Source: Nanobdellati archaeon (lineage in GTDB: Archaea > B1Sed10-29 > JAGVWA01). Taken from it: DNA of 64,000 nt. The stretch spans positions 68,363-132,362 of the forward strand of contig JAGVWA010000001.1 of the NCBI GenBank assembly GCA_018304505.1, written 5' to 3'. The notes under the pieces were generated by a model. It was not told where the DNA came from. It saw only the letters and a program-made list of their open reading frames with translations, and did not search any database. Made by a program: the position numbers and the translations under genes. How positions within the stretch are numbered: the stretch's first letter is position 1; each line of letters opens with the position of its first letter. Below, one piece after another: positions 62,873-64,000 of the stretch.

Positions 62873-64000
62873 ATGATGGACATCAAACTCATTCGAGATG
62901 AGACAGACAAAGTCAGGGACAACATCAAGTACCGCGGAACCGATTTCGACATCGACGCCTTTGTCCAGCTAGACAAGGAATGGAAGGAAGCCAAGCAGGA
63001 GCTCGAGGAAAAGCGCGCGCTGCGAAACAAGGTTTCAGAGGAAATCAACGCGGCGATAAAACAGAACCAGAGGCCTCAAAAACAAATAGACGAAATGAGG
63101 ATTGTTTCATCGCGAATCAAGGAACTAGAAAAACTGTACACTGAACTTGACGAGCGGAGAAGCCGCGACTGGCTCAAGATTCCAAATTTTGTTCACAAGG
63201 ACGTTCCTCAGGGAAAAGATGAACGGGAAAACAAGGAAATCCACAGATGGGGCGACCGCAAACAAAAATTCGAACTAAAAGACCACCTAACCTTGCTGCA
63301 AAACCTCAACCTGATAGACCTCGACAAAGCCGGAGAAATTGCGGGCGCCGGATTCGTGTACCTCAAAGGCGATTTAGTCCTGTTGGATCACGCCCTGCAG
63401 CGCTTTGCACTGGATTTCCTGCTAAAAAAAGGATTCACATTAATGGAGCCCCCATTCATGGTGCGCCGAGAACCCTACGAGGGCCTCGTGGAAATTCAAG
63501 AATTTGAAGACACAATGTTCAAAATCCAGGATGAGGACTTGTACCTGATTGCGACAGCGGAGCACGGTTTAGTGCCCCATTACATGAACACCACAATACC
63601 AGAAGAAGAACTCCCGCTCAGGCTGGCCGGCGTCAGCCCAGCATTCAGAAAGGAAATCGGCTCGCATGGAAAGTACACAAAAGGCCTATTCAGGATGAAG
63701 CAGTTCAACAAAATCGAGCAGGTTTCATTTGCGCATCCCGACCAGTCATGGGAAGAATTCACGTTCCTGCAGACCAACAGCGAGGAAATCCTGAAAGAAC
63801 TCGAAATACCTTATCGGACCATAGTGCTCTGCACCGGCGACCTCGGAACAATGAAGGCGATGCAATACGACAATGAATTCCTAATGGCCGACGGGGAATA
63901 CCGTGAAATCGGCTCGTGCAGCAACTTAACTGATTTCCAGCCGCGCAGGCTCAACATAAAATACATAACAAAGCGCAACGAAAGAGAATACGTGCATGCG
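62873..64000 (+). CDS. serS: Seryl-tRNA synthetase (3' end beyond window)
   Basis: N-terminal coiled-coil region, then class II motifs (AGFVYLKG..., AFRKEIGSHGKYTKGLFR). The ORF is open to the window end. Confidence 0.85.
   Translation, partial: MMDIKLIRDETDKVRDNIKYRGTDFDIDAFVQLDKEWKEAKQELEEKRALRNKVSEEINAAIKQNQRPQKQIDEMRIVSSRIKELEKLYTELDERRSRDWLKIPNFVHKDVPQGKDERENKEIHRWGDRKQKFELKDHLTLLQNLNLIDLDKAGEIAGAGFVYLKGDLVLLDHALQRFALDFLLKKGFTLMEPPFMVRREPYEGLVEIQEFEDTMFKIQDEDLYLIATAEHGLVPHYMNTTIPEEELPLRLAGVSPAFRKEIGSHGKYTKGLFRMKQFNKIEQVSFAHPDQSWEEFTFLQTNSEEILKELEIPYRTIVLCTGDLGTMKAMQYDNEFLMADGEYREIGSCSNLTDFQPRRLNIKYITKRNEREYVHA

Noticed and set aside
1-64000. CRISPR arrays, transposases, integrases
   Set aside because: No regularly spaced identical repeats and no transposase or integrase-like ORFs were found. 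The only repeat families are those reported above.

Overview
This is an archaeal chromosomal segment of roughly 50% GC on a strongly informational backbone. The ribosomal S26e gene suggests a TACK-like lineage.

Recognisable genes include:
- **Replication and division:** ftsZ, primase small subunit PriS with a GINS-like gene, DnaG primase and a small Toprim protein.
- **Translation:** ribosomal L44e, S27e, S26e, S17e and a weak L35Ae candidate, aIF2alpha, Nop10, aRF1, EF-1beta with its Zn-ribbon partner, PTH2, HisRS and the start of SerRS.
- **tRNA-dependent amidotransferase:** gatC-gatA-gatB.
- **Transcription:** TBP, RpoK and a TrmB regulator.
- **RNA modification and repair:** TruD, Dph2, EndoQ, TldD/PmbA and Hjc.
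- **Other:** KaiC-like ATPase with a V4R protein, site-2 protease, a NhaP antiporter, an S-layer candidate followed by a glycosylation cluster (flippase-like protein, GT2, two GT-C membrane glycosyltransferases), and an SRP RNA.

Seven tRNA genes are present. Most carry introns, several of them large or at non-canonical positions. Two LAGLIDADG inteins are present: one in EndoQ, and one splitting the GGQ motif of aRF1.

The most interesting region is at about 53.8-56.0 kb. Three type II toxin-antitoxin modules sit in tandem upstream of an intron-bearing tRNA candidate. Each is delimited by a short direct repeat derived from that tRNA's 3' end.

Other notable observations:
- TBP has two core repeats that are about 97% identical at the nucleotide level, plus a long Lys/Ala/Pro-rich basic C-terminal tail.
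- A ~95-nt terminator/promoter-like module is duplicated, and one copy carries a 115-nt structured insert.
- An AT-rich island carries an AlbA_2/HATPase gene.
- gatB carries an internal frameshift.
- tRNA-His, with encoded G-1 and CCA, sits immediately upstream of hisS.
- A ThiI-like THUMP protein has a degenerate PP-loop.
- Two secreted Lon-protease-domain paralogs lie in tandem.

No CRISPR array, transposase or integrase gene was recognised.
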